The position numbers and the translations under genes are program-made. The notes beneath the pieces were generated by a model that was given only the letters and a program-made list of their open reading frames with translations, searched no databases and was not told the DNA's origin. DNA of 64,000 nt from an uncultured Planctomycetota bacterium (GTDB lineage: Bacteria > Planctomycetota > Planctomycetia > Isosphaerales > Isosphaeraceae), in the NCBI GenBank assembly GCA_963845755.1, contig CAWJTV010000028.1, positions 128,001 to 192,000 of the forward strand, in the 5' to 3' direction. Numbering within the stretch: the first letter of the stretch is position 1; each line of letters opens with the position of its first letter. Shown piece after piece: positions 54,070 to 64,000 of the stretch.

Positions 54070-55073
54070 TGGGCTTCCGCGTGAGCGTCCGGACACCGAG
54101 CCGGCTTCATTTCGGCTTGCTGGGATGGGGGCCCGGCTCGCGCCGGCAATTCGGCGGTCTCGGCTTGATGATCCGATCTCCCGGCATCGAGCTGGAGGTC
54201 GAGCCGGCCGGCCAACCGCAGGTCGAAGGTCCGCTGGCCGAGCGGGTTCATCGGCTCGTCGCCTGTCTCCAGCAGCGCCTGGCGGTGATGGGTGTCCAGC
54301 TTCCACCGTTGCGAATCCGCATCCACCGCGCACCACCCGAGCATGTGGGGCTCGGCGCCGGCACGCAGATCAGCCTTGCCGTCGCCGCGGCCTTGTTGCG
54401 ACTGGCCGGCCAGGCCGATCCAGGAATGGACACGCTGGCTCGTCTGACGGGGCGCGGGAATCGCTCGGGGATCGGTCTGCACGGGTTCCACCAGGGAGGT
54501 CTGATCGTCGATGGCGGGCGTAAGGACGAGTCGGGAATCCCGGCCCTCGTGGCACGCCTCGCTTTTCCCGGAGAATGGTCCATCCTGGTGGTGCAGCCTC
54601 CCGGTTCGCATGGCCTGCACGGCGCGGATGAGAGGCACGCATTCGCCCGGCTGCCCGCGATCGCGGAACGTGTGACCGAACGTCTCTCTCGGATCGTGCT
54701 TCTGGACCTGTTGCCGGCCGTGGTCGAACGCGACCTGCCGGCCTTCGGAGCCGCCCTGATGGAGCTTCAGGCCCATGTCGGAGCCGCCTTCGCACCGGCA
54801 CAGGGAGGCATTTATGCCTCGCCACGCGGCCGCGCCATCGTGGAAGAACTCGCCCGATCCGGATTCGTCGGGATCGGGCAGAGTTCCTGGGGACCGACGA
54901 TTTATGCCTTCTCCGATCGATCCTCCGATGAACTCGCGGACCGGCCCGATCGACTCAGTCGGCGATCGGCGATCGATCCCGCCTGCATCCTGATCACACA
55001 GGCGGACAATCAGGGAGCCGGTTTCTGTACCTCCGAGCTCGACCCCGGAGCGGCGCCGGCCCAGCCGGACTAG
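54066..55073 (+). CDS. mptG: Beta-ribofuranosylaminobenzene 5'-phosphate synthase
   Basis: TPSRLHFGL, HVGLGAGTQ, GRGNRSGIG, GGLIVDGG, GQSSWGPT. Confidence 0.92.
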   Translation: MMGFRVSVRTPSRLHFGLLGWGPGSRRQFGGLGLMIRSPGIELEVEPAGQPQVEGPLAERVHRLVACLQQRLAVMGVQLPPLRIRIHRAPPEHVGLGAGTQISLAVAAALLRLAGQADPGMDTLARLTGRGNRSGIGLHGFHQGGLIVDGGRKDESGIPALVARLAFPGEWSILVVQPPGSHGLHGADERHAFARLPAIAERVTERLSRIVLLDLLPAVVERDLPAFGAALMELQAHVGAAFAPAQGGIYASPRGRAIVEELARSGFVGIGQSSWGPTIYAFSDRSSDELADRPDRLSRRSAIDPACILITQADNQGAGFCTSELDPGAAPAQPD

Positions 55074-55078
55074 GACGG

Positions 55079-56544
55079 TCACCGGTGATGCAGCGACGCC
55101 AGCAGCTCATCCAGATCGATCCGGACCGCACTCGTCGTCAGATCGCTGATCGCATAAGGCACGATCAGCTTGCGGTCATGGATCATCGCGCCGCAGGAAT
55201 AGACGACGTTGGGGACATAGCCCGAGGTCCGTCCTTCTTCCGTTGGCATGAGTAATGGCTCACGGGTCTGGCCGATGATGCGGGTCGGATCGTCTCGATC
55301 CAGCAGCGTGGCCCCGATGCAGTACTGGCGCATCGGCCCGACGCCGTGGGTCATCATCAGCCACCCTTGTTCGGTCTCGAGCGGCGAGCCACAGTTGCCG
55401 ATCTGGATCACCTGCCAGGGATACTCCGGCACCTGGAGCAGCCGCGCTTCGTTCCAGGTAATGACGTCCTCGGACTCCATGTAGTAGAGATTCTCGTTGT
55501 CGATCCGCGAAATCATCGCGTATCGGCCCCGGATCCGACGCGGGAACAGTGCCATATCCTTATTCTGTGCACATTCACCGGTCATCAGACGCACGTCAAT
55601 CGTGCTCCCGCCACGATACTCCAACAACTGGGGGAACACTCGCACGCCGTTATAGGCAGTGAACGTACCATAGTAGACTCGCGACCCGTCATCGTCGCAG
55701 AATTGTACCAGGCGCAGATCTTCGATCCCGTGGCGCTCGATATCGGAGAAGGGAAAGACCACGATCTCCGACTCCTGGCTGAATGGAGGGTTGGGGAGGT
55801 GGAGCTGATAGTTGACCTGGGCCGCGACGATCAGGCTATCGGCCGTCTGCTCCAGGAATCCCGACGTCTGTTGATTCGCCCGCGGCGGCATCGATCTGTC
55901 TGGAAGAGGTCCTGGCGTGTGAACCGCTCGCCCAGGCGGTCGAGGATCCCCTTGGTTTGCTCGTCAGAGACTCCTAAGGTGGCCAGGTCGCGCCGAAATG
56001 CCGGCTTGTGGAATTCGTCGACGAGCGTCGCTTTCAAGGGCCGGGTGCTCTTTTCCACCGGCTCGAGGTGGATGGCACCATCGGCATCGACGATCCCGAC
56101 CCGAAACACGATGGACGAGACATGACCCTCGCCGGTCGCTCGGAGACTCATGACGAAGCGGAGCGCACCGTCGGGCAGTCCCTCCTGTCGGAGAGCCGGC
56201 ACCATCGAGGGATTGAAGAGGGCCACGGATTCCAGGGCATACTCCATCGTGAAGCAGGCCCCCAGGAGCAACCGCCGCGACTCGGTCAGGTCCGAATCGA
56301 GGGGAACGGCCCCCCGAATCGTGTCGAAATGCTCGGCGAAGACCTCGAAAAGGCGGTCGTGCTTGGGGCAGAAGGTACGACCGAGCTCCTCCAATAATTT
56401 CCCCACCTGGTCTTCGGGGAACGTCAGTACCCGGCCGATGATGTCCCGTACGCGCTTTTCGTTCCCCGTACCGAAGAACCTCATGATGACGCGGCTGGGG
56501 TCCGGCGTGAGTTCCAGCGGCAGTCGTTCAATGGATACCGACAT
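55079..56544 (-). CDS. Glycoside hydrolase family 130 protein (frameshift near 55885)
   Basis: ALFNPS, SLRATGEGHVSSI, GIEDLRL, NKDMALFP, HGVGPMRQY, VPNVVYSCG. Confidence 0.88.
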
Positions 56545-56674
56545 GATCAAATCCAGACTAGTTCATCACGGGATCGGAAGAAGCCAGGCGACGCGAGGAC
56601 CTCGCTGCGATTCTCGTGCCGTAACGAAGCCGGATGGGGCTCGATCGCCCGCCGGACGCACGATTCATCAAGCG

Positions 56675-57517
56675 CTACCGCGAGTCATTCGGCTGATGGC
56701 TCGTCAACTCGGTGGCGAAAGCGTCGTCAACCGGGAGGTAGCCGAGGAGCTCGGCGGCGTCGGAGAGGTCCCAGCGCATGCCGTGGTTGCGCGACATGCC
56801 GTTGACCACGACGAACGAGCGATCCTCGATCTCGGCCTCGACCGCCGCATCAAACAGGCGGATCAGATCGGTGTTGGACAGCCACAATCCGCGGGACCAG
56901 TCGTCGGGGAGTGTCTCGTGCCGATTCTTTCCGCGCTGGATCCAACCCAGCCGCAATGCGATGAATGTCAGGTCGAAGGCGCGGGCCAGGCTCTGGCCCA
57001 TGCGTTCGCCCACCAGTTTCGTCACGCCATAGGGCCTGTCCGGCCGCGGGTCCATGTCGGTGGTGATCGGACCGTCGCCGAACTCGCGGTATTCTCCCAT
57101 CACGTGATTGGAGCTGGCGAAGATGATCCGCTCGACTCCGGCCAGGGCCGCGGCATGCAAGACGTTCGCCAGGGCGTCGAGGTTCGGGCCGATGAGCTCT
57201 TCCCAGGGTGCCCGATCGTCGGGATTCGCCGCCAGGTGGACCACGGTGTCAACCCCGTGGAAGTGCGTGATCCAGTCGTCGTCCAGGATCGCGAGGTCCG
57301 CCTCGATGATCTCAGGGTCGTCGCCAGCCTCCTGGTCGATGAGGACCAGGTCATACACGTCGGTCCAGGCCGCGCGGAGCTTGCGGCCAATGTTGCCGCA
57401 TGCGCCGGTGATCAAGACGGTGCGGGGCTCCTCATCGATCTCCTGGGAGAGGAGGTCCTCGTCGACCAGCGCCTCCTTCGTCATCGTCGTCCGGGGTGTC
57501 TCCGAACTCGCCGGCAT
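56675..57517 (-). CDS. NAD-dependent epimerase/dehydratase (uronate-dehydrogenase-like)
   Basis: ITGACGNIG, VVHLAA, FASSNH, YGVTK; start uncertain. Confidence 0.85.
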   Translation of the reverse strand: MPASSETPRTTMTKEALVDEDLLSQEIDEEPRTVLITGACGNIGRKLRAAWTDVYDLVLIDQEAGDDPEIIEADLAILDDDWITHFHGVDTVVHLAANPDDRAPWEELIGPNLDALANVLHAAALAGVERIIFASSNHVMGEYREFGDGPITTDMDPRPDRPYGVTKLVGERMGQSLARAFDLTFIALRLGWIQRGKNRHETLPDDWSRGLWLSNTDLIRLFDAAVEAEIEDRSFVVVNGMSRNHGMRWDLSDAAELLGYLPVDDAFATELTSHQPNDSR

Positions 57518-57665
57518 CGGGATCGGTCTCCCTGTCCTCTCCGTGGTAAACCGGCAGGTCAAAATGCGGCGGACGCCGCGTTTCGCCGGGCTCATCCTCT
57601 CCATCATGATTGGAAGGTTGATCGAGATGCATCTCCAAGTCCTCCTCAGAGCATGTGATCGTATC

Positions 57666-57763
57666 GGATTCAAGAATCCGAATTCAAGATTCAACAATCC
57701 TAAGTCATTGATTCATCGGGGCTTAACATCCATTCGGAACCTTGAATTCGGGATTCTGAATCC
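57666..57763. repeat. Intergenic inverted repeat built from heptamer units
   Basis: GGATTCAAGAATCCGAATTCAAG versus CTTGAATTCGGGATTCTGAATCC, around a central palindromic motif. Confidence 0.7.
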
Positions 57764-57786
57764 CTTCTTTCACAGCCTCTCGCTGG

Positions 57787-58941
57787 TTAGCTCTCGTCCG
57801 ACGGTTTTCGGCTTGCTGACGAAAGAACCTTGTCCACGGCCTCCAGGAAGAAGAATTCGCCCCACATCACGGACTCGTCGACTCCCAGATTCTTGTGGAT
57901 GTGATAGACGCCATGTTTCAGGACTCCTTCCCAACCGGGAGTCGACCAGGCCAGGTATTGGTCGGAGCAGAGCGTCTCCAGGATGGTGAGTGAGGCGTCC
58001 CGGTATCGACGGCCGCGCGCCGGATCGCCCGGAGCGGTCAGTTCGGCGAGGTCCCAGAGGCCCGACGCGGCGATCGCGGCGGCGGAACTATCGTCGACCC
58101 GGGCGGGCCCATCCGGCACATCGAAATCCCAGGGGGGAACCAGGCCCTCGGGACATCGCTCGAGGAAGCACTCGGCGTTGCGGCGGGCGATGTCGAGATC
58201 GGCCGGCTCCCCGGTGTAGGTGAACACCGTGCTGAAGCCATAAAGAGACCAGGCCAACCCGCGAGTCCACGTGGAGTCGGCACGCAATCCCTGTTGGGTC
58301 AACTGCCGCAGGAATTCGCCGGTCTCCGGGTCGAAGATCCCTTCGTGCGCCGTCGAGCCGTTGGGACGCACCAGAGTCTGCTCGGTGGTGCGGCAATGCG
58401 CGACCGCCAGCTCATAGAGGGAGTGGTCGCCGGCCTCTCGGGCGGCGTGGAAGATCAACGGAACGTTCATCATGATATCGATGAACAGGCTCTCCGGCCC
58501 CATGAATGAGCGAAGATATCGCCCGAGGGGGTTGAATCGCAGGGCCAGGGTCCGGCCGGCCGTGATCAGGACCTGGCGGAGTCGTTCGTCGCCCGTCAGC
58601 CGGTACCAGGGGAGATACGTGTTGAGGAAGAGGAATCCCAGGTCGTGGACGTCGCGGTCGTGCTGCCGATGCTCGAGCAGCCGGGAGTAATGCTCGGCCA
58701 TCGACCGCCACCAGGCGTCGCCTGTCCGCCGGGCAATCAACCACATCATTCCGGCGTGGAACCCGCCGCACCAGTCGGTCCACAGCTCGCCGGAATGCTT
58801 CCACCGACCGGCTTCCGTGTAGATCGGGAAGTAGTCCGGGTAGCGCTCGATCGTCGTGCGGACCTGCCCGGCGGCGAAGTCGAACGCCCGCTCCAACCGG
58901 GGCATCAGCGCGTCGAGATCGATCGGACGGGGCTGGCCCAT
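57787..58941 (-). CDS. Glycoside hydrolase family 88 (unsaturated glucuronyl hydrolase-like)
   Basis: HDLGF, IDIMMN, QG....STWTRGLAW, DSSAAAIAASGL, WGEFFFLEA. Confidence 0.9.
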   Translation of the reverse strand: MGQPRPIDLDALMPRLERAFDFAAGQVRTTIERYPDYFPIYTEAGRWKHSGELWTDWCGGFHAGMMWLIARRTGDAWWRSMAEHYSRLLEHRQHDRDVHDLGFLFLNTYLPWYRLTGDERLRQVLITAGRTLALRFNPLGRYLRSFMGPESLFIDIMMNVPLIFHAAREAGDHSLYELAVAHCRTTEQTLVRPNGSTAHEGIFDPETGEFLRQLTQQGLRADSTWTRGLAWSLYGFSTVFTYTGEPADLDIARRNAECFLERCPEGLVPPWDFDVPDGPARVDDSSAAAIAASGLWDLAELTAPGDPARGRRYRDASLTILETLCSDQYLAWSTPGWEGVLKHGVYHIHKNLGVDESVMWGEFFFLEAVDKVLSSASRKPSDES

Positions 58942-59221
58942 GGGGATGCGATATCCTCTCTGTGACCCTCGTCAGGCCCGGCAGCGCGACAAACCGGGCG
59001 TCTGACCGATTCAGCTCACGGATTTGATCGAGCGACCACGGCGACTCGGGCTCGATCGTCACCAATCCGGCAGAATTCCGCAATATCCCAGCCGGCCGAC
59101 CACCCGGTTTCGTGGCGACCATCTTCGGCGATGTGGGGTCCGCCGTCCCGATGGTACCGGAGTCCCAACCCTCCCTTTCGCGGTTGAAGCGTGTTATCAT
59201 CCTCGGGAGGGTCCTATCAAC

Positions 59222-61175
59222 ATGAACACGGTCTCGTCACACGATCTATCGACCGCGCAGGTTCGCCGTCCGAAGTTGGGTCGGCTGGCCGTTGACGTCC
59301 TGCGCGGTTTCTTGATGGCCTTTGTGCCGTTAGCCGTGTTCGAAGTGGCATTCAAGAGCGCGGCATTCGGTATCGGAGTCATTGGCACTCGCTGGGTGAT
59401 CGAGCCCTTGATCGCGCGTACCGGGAATCTCGCGGTGACCAATACCGAGATCGCGCGGTTCCTGCTGTCGCCATCGGGTTTGGTGTATCTGGTCCTGATC
59501 GCGCTGTCGCTGATGCTGGCGACGATGATCGAGCATGTCGGGGTGATTGCGATCGCGGCTGCCCAACTCCGGGGACACGGCACCACGCTCTCGGGCACAC
59601 TGACGGACCTGGCCGTGGTTTTCTTGCGGTTACTCTCGTTTGGAATACGCAGCCTCGCCTCGCTGGTCTTGCTCTGTGCCCCGTTCGTGGTCCTGGGAGG
59701 CATCGCGTATCTCTTGCTGCTCTCGCGACAAGACATCAACTACTTCCTCGCGAATCGGCCCCCTCGCTGGTATGTGGCACTGGGGATCGCCGGTCTCCTG
59801 GTTGCGGTGCTTGCAGCCCGGCTGGCGAGGCTTTATGTGGACACGATCTTCGTCATGCCGATCCTCCTTTTCGGAGATCGACGAGGATGGGCGGCGATCG
59901 GCGAGAGTCGCACGCGGGCCGCGGGCGCACGGCTCCAGATCGGAGGAGCGTTATTGGGCTGGCAGGTCTTCGGGTTGCTTCTGAGCGTGGCGGCGGTCTG
60001 GGGCTTCGGCCGCGCTTGCTCCTACCTGCTGGCGCCGGCCGAGGCCCGGCCGATCGTCCTGGTTCCCCTGGTTGCCGGTCTGCTAGCGTGCCAGGCGCTC
60101 CTCATCGCGGGCGTGTCGTTCCTCGTGGTGGCGATCCATTGCCTGTTGATCCTCCATCTTTATCTCGAGCGCGGAGGAACGCTGGGCACGTGGTCGCCCG
60201 GCAAACCCTGGGCGATCGCCACTCGGGGCATGAGCCTGGTCAACGCCGCGGGGCCACGTCTGCGGCGGCTGCTCCGACGGAGAGTGCTGATCGGGATCGC
60301 CTTGCTAGGCTTCGTCGGCTATCTGAGCTTCAGCCTCCCCAGCAAGATCGCCGTCCATGTGCCGATCGTCGTCGTGGCCCATCGCGGCTGCGAGCGACTT
60401 GCTCCGGAGAACACGCTCGAGCGCGTTCCGCAAGGCGATCGAGGTCGGTGCCGACTTCGCCGAACTCGACGTGCAGGAGACCGCCGACGGCATCGTGGTC
60501 GTGCTCCACGACCGCGACCTGATGCGTGTCGCAGGCGACCCGCGCCGGATCGCCGACCTCACCTTTGCCGAGGCGCGAAAGCTCGACCTGGGCCGACGGT
60601 TCAGCCCGGAGTATGCCGGCGAGCGGATTCCCACGCTCGCCGAGGTGATCGAGCTGGCGCGTGGTAAGATCAAGCTTCAGATCGAGCTGAAATACTACGG
60701 TAAGGACCACGGGCTGGCCGCGAAGATCGCCGACCTGATCCACCGCGAGGGCTTCGAATCGGAATGCGAAGTCACGTCCCTGGACTACGACGGCTTGATG
60801 GCAGCCAAGCGGCGAAACCCGAGACTCACGGTCGTGGCCCTGCTGACCTACGCCCTCGGCGACCCCGGCCGCCTGGACGTCGATGGGCTGAGCGTGAATG
60901 TCGAGGTGCTGAAAGATCGGCTGATCCGGGACTCGCGAAGGCGCGGCAAGCGGCTCTACGCGTGGACGGTCAACGATCCTCGGGCCATGAACCGGCTCAT
61001 CGAGCGAGGCGTCGGCGGACTCGTCACCAATGCGCCCGAAGAGGCGATCCGCATCCGCCGCGACGCGCCTGCGCTCGACGACACCCAGCGCCGCCTCATT
61101 GCCGCACGCTACCTCCTCGGGCTCGATCGGAGCCCCGAGACCGAGACCGGCTCGAAGACCGATACCAGCCCCTGA
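59222..61175 (+). CDS. Glycerophosphodiester phosphodiesterase with N-terminal membrane domain (frameshift near 60415)
   Basis: Multi-TM N-terminus; AHRG, APENT, ELDVQETADG, IELK, AWTVND. Confidence 0.88.
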
Positions 61176-61260
61176 GCCGACCGATCTCGCGTCGGGCGGT
61201 GTCGGCCGGCCGATTCTTCCCCCGGACCTGATTTCGTCGTCAGGCGTTGGGCGATGGGAT

Positions 61261-62244
61261 CTATGGGACGTTCGCTACGGCTGCCAGCGGCGGGTAAAGC
61301 GCATACCCCGCGACGGCCAGTGGGACCTTCCAGACGGTCTTGCCCGCCGTGACATACAGGGTCTTGCGGTCCGGACCGCCGAACGCCAGGTTGGTGCAGA
61401 GGTCCTCAGCGATTGGGATCCGACCTAGCAACTCGCCCTGGGGTGTGATGACATACACGCCGGCTGGGACCTCGGCCGTCTCGCCCGCGTGGCGGGGAAA
61501 GAGGATTCCCGCGGCTACCCAGAGATTCCCCTGATCGTCGAGCCGCATGCCGTCGCCGCCCCGGCCCCGGCCGAAGTCGAAGACCAGGCGCTGACCATCG
61601 AGACCACCGTACTCATCGACGTCGAATGCCCAGACCTTGCGGTTCCCACCCGGCCGACCGTGGCTGTCGATGACATAGAGCGTCCGGGCGTCGGGCGTGA
61701 TCGCCAGCCCATTGGGCCGATCGATCGAGGGTTGGGACAGCACGCGCGTGACCGTGGCATCGGGGTCGATACGGTAGACCGCCTCCTCATCCATCTCCAG
61801 GGCCGAGCGATCCTCCGCGTAGAACGGATCGGTGAACCAGATGCGGCCCCTGGTATCGACGACGACATCGTTGGGACTGTTGTACCGCATCCCTTCGTAG
61901 CTATCGGTCAGGACTTCGACCTGGCCGGTCACGATGTCGGTGAGCACCACCCGCCTCCGTCCGCCCGGACTGAACTCGGCCCCCTCACAACTGATCAGTC
62001 GGCCCAGCGCGTCGAAGGTGTTGCCGTTGGTCCGGCCGCTGTCGGCCCGGAAGACCGAGAGGGCACCACCGGGCGTGAGGCGATAGATGCAGTTACCTCC
62101 GATGTCGCTGAAGAACAGGTTGCCCGCAGCATCGAAGGCTGGCCCTTCGAGCAGGCAGGTCCGCGCGGCAATGCTGGTGGCGCCCTGCGGGGCCAGCAGG
62201 CCCGCCGGGATCGGCGTGGAGGTCAGGTCCGGATGCTCCGCCAT
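61261..62244 (-). CDS. SMP-30/gluconolactonase family protein
   Basis: EGP, NSPND, PNGL, DGM..D..GNLWVA, TNLAFGG. Confidence 0.92.
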   Translation of the reverse strand: MAEHPDLTSTPIPAGLLAPQGATSIAARTCLLEGPAFDAAGNLFFSDIGGNCIYRLTPGGALSVFRADSGRTNGNTFDALGRLISCEGAEFSPGGRRRVVLTDIVTGQVEVLTDSYEGMRYNSPNDVVVDTRGRIWFTDPFYAEDRSALEMDEEAVYRIDPDATVTRVLSQPSIDRPNGLAITPDARTLYVIDSHGRPGGNRKVWAFDVDEYGGLDGQRLVFDFGRGRGGDGMRLDDQGNLWVAAGILFPRHAGETAEVPAGVYVITPQGELLGRIPIAEDLCTNLAFGGPDRKTLYVTAGKTVWKVPLAVAGYALYPPLAAVANVP

Positions 62245-62448
62245 GCGGGGTTGCTCCCGAGAGAAGGACGTCCGATCGATTGTTCCTGGTCAAATCACGA
62301 GGATTCGGGGCGACCGGGTACCGTCACCTCGGGTCGCTACGGCTCGCAAACGAACACATTGTAGACTGGCCCCCGCCCGGCCTGCTACTGTGCTGGAAAC
62401 GGGCGCGGAGATCCAACGATTCGAGACGAAGCAACCGGAATCGGAGGC

Positions 62449-63351
62449 TTGAATATGGATATTATCTACCGTTACGACCCCTACAAAGCGATCGCGGGCC
62501 GCCGACTCGATCATTCGGAAGGCGCGATCGAGATCCTCGAACAGGGTCACCAACGATTCATCACGATTGTCACGCAGGTGCAGAAGGAGCTGGTTGGCGA
62601 CCATTCCACGCACCAGATCGTCATCCCGTCGGATCCCCTGTCCCTGGGGTTTCCGATGGAGTCGGGCGCGGCCCCTCTCCAATCGCCGTTCGCCCTGATG
62701 CTGGGCTGTTCGGACGCGCGCGTGCCGATCGAGCAGATCTTCGACCAGTCGCCCAATGACCTGTTCGTGATCCGGGTCGCAGGTAACGTGCTCGGCGTCG
62801 AGTGCCTGGGAAGCATTGACTATGCCGTCAACCAATTCGGAGCGGGCTTGAAGCTGCTGGTCGTCCTGGGCCACAGCACTTGCGGAGCCGTCTCCGCGGC
62901 GGTGGACTCGTACCTCGCGCCGAAGGATTATTCGAGCATCGCGTTCACGCACGCCCTCCGCTCGCTGGTCAACCGCATCCAGGTCGCGGTGCGGGGCGCG
63001 GCGACGGCCCTGGAGCGGGTCCAGGGCGCCGCGGCGGCCCGCCACCCGTCCTATCGTGCGGCGCTGGTGGAGACCGCCGTGTATCTCAACGCGGCCATCA
63101 CCGCTTACGACGTGCGACGCGAGCTAGACCGCGCCGAGAACACCGGCACGCGGGTGGTCTATGGCGTGTTCGACCTGGTCGAGCAGCAAGTCCGCGCCCA
63201 CCCGGCCAGTGCCCTGTCGAACACTCCCGACGCGATCCCCATCTTCGCCGACGTCCCCGATGGACCGGCAGCCTTCAACACGCTCAGCAACGCGCTGGCG
63301 CGGGCCGTCGTCGCGAAGAGGTTCCCCGCGGATGGCACCAATCCGCAGTAG
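62449..63351 (+). CDS. Beta-class carbonic anhydrase
   Basis: GCSDARVP, LFVIRVAGN, LGHSTCGAV. Confidence 0.92.
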   Translation: MNMDIIYRYDPYKAIAGRRLDHSEGAIEILEQGHQRFITIVTQVQKELVGDHSTHQIVIPSDPLSLGFPMESGAAPLQSPFALMLGCSDARVPIEQIFDQSPNDLFVIRVAGNVLGVECLGSIDYAVNQFGAGLKLLVVLGHSTCGAVSAAVDSYLAPKDYSSIAFTHALRSLVNRIQVAVRGAATALERVQGAAAARHPSYRAALVETAVYLNAAITAYDVRRELDRAENTGTRVVYGVFDLVEQQVRAHPASALSNTPDAIPIFADVPDGPAAFNTLSNALARAVVAKRFPADGTNPQ

Positions 63352-63435
63352 GATCGGATGCACCGCGCATCCGCCTCATGCTTCCCTTGAGGTCAGCAAG
63401 GCTCGCCAACTTGACCGGGTTGGACGCCCTCTAGG

Positions 63436-64000
63436 TCAACTCTCGACCAAGCTTGGGACACCACGGCCGACGGCCAGGCGCTGGATGACCTCTTCCAGCG
63501 TCCGAAAGTCGACCGGCTTGGTCAGGTGGACGGAGAAACCCGCGGATTGGCTCAACTCGATGTCGTCCGACGAACCGAACCCGGACAGCGCGATCGCAGG
63601 GACCTCTCGGCTGGAGCGCAGGTTCCTGACGAGTTGCAAGCCGGACCCATCGGGCAGTTCGACGTCGCTGATGAGCAAGTCGATCTCCGTCTCGGCGGCG
63701 ACGTGAAACGCGGTCGCGATGTCGGCGGCCGTGTGGACCGTGTGCCCACGCAGCCTCAACATCCTGGAGAGGTAGTTCAGAGTATCCGCGTTGTCCTCGA
63801 CGAAAAGGATGGTGAGACACTGGTGAGGGACGAGCGCCTTCGGTGCAGGCGGCTCATCGGGGACAGGCGCGATCAAAGGGGCTTCGACGGCGGGAATCTC
63901 GATGATGAACGTGGCCCCGAGTCCCTTGCCATCACTGAGGGCGACGAGGCGGCCGCCGTGCTGCTCGACGATCGATCGGCTGATCGTCAGGCCCAGGCCC
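63436..64000 (-). CDS. Hybrid sensor histidine kinase/response regulator, C-terminal part (runs off the window)
   Basis: GLGLTISRSIVEQHGG ATPase lid, then a receiver domain (VEDN, SDVELPD, KPVD). Confidence 0.9.
   Translation of the reverse strand, partial: GLGLTISRSIVEQHGGRLVALSDGKGLGATFIIEIPAVEAPLIAPVPDEPPAPKALVPHQCLTILFVEDNADTLNYLSRMLRLRGHTVHTAADIATAFHVAAETEIDLLISDVELPDGSGLQLVRNLRSSREVPAIALSGFGSSDDIELSQSAGFSVHLTKPVDFRTLEEVIQRLAVGRGVPSLVES

Noticed and set aside
53748..57658. Long antisense ORFs (53748..55082 minus; 56150..57658 plus)
   Set aside because: They lie opposite well-supported genes, lack motifs, and are typical high-GC shadow ORFs
1..64000. Widespread frameshifts as mass pseudogenisation or programmed recoding
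   Set aside because: They hit unrelated conserved genes whose motifs are otherwise intact, so uncorrected long-read indels are the simplest explanation; raw reads are needed to confirm

Overview
GC-rich bacterial DNA, very likely from a planctomycete (Isosphaeraceae-like), based on a DUF1559 prepilin-like gene, tandem membrane-anchored sulfatase-like genes and an H4MPT/methanofuran C1 gene set. Many genes are split by single-base indels, probably long-read assembly errors. Layout: (1) 0-3.3 kb: TPR protein, hyper-acidic protein, Gfo/Idh/MocA oxidoreductase and tRNA-His. (2) 3.6-23 kb: envelope block with an MFS-spermidine-synthase fusion, a GT-C-like membrane protein, DUF1559 plus a lipoprotein, three Thr-type sulfatase-like enzymes, a decayed DUF6788/transposase element and TPR proteins. 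(3) 23-33 kb: candidate amino-/sphingolipid-like cluster (ketosynthase, Cys-less KS-like partner, PLP alpha-oxoamine synthase, ACP, EamA/SMR protein, SDR, DevBCA-like exporter). (4) 33.6-55 kb: H4MPT/methanofuran C1-transfer supercluster (mch, fhcB/C/A/D, mptG and cofactor genes). Its fhc genes are interrupted by a ~4 kb insert carrying an MqsRA-like TA pair, a HEPN-motif protein and three nested mobile elements (outer MITE, inner MITE, IS630). (5) 55-64 kb: GH130, uronate-dehydrogenase-like epimerase, GH88, GDPD, lactonase, beta-carbonic anhydrase and a truncated hybrid histidine kinase. All calls come from manual motif recognition; no database searches were run.
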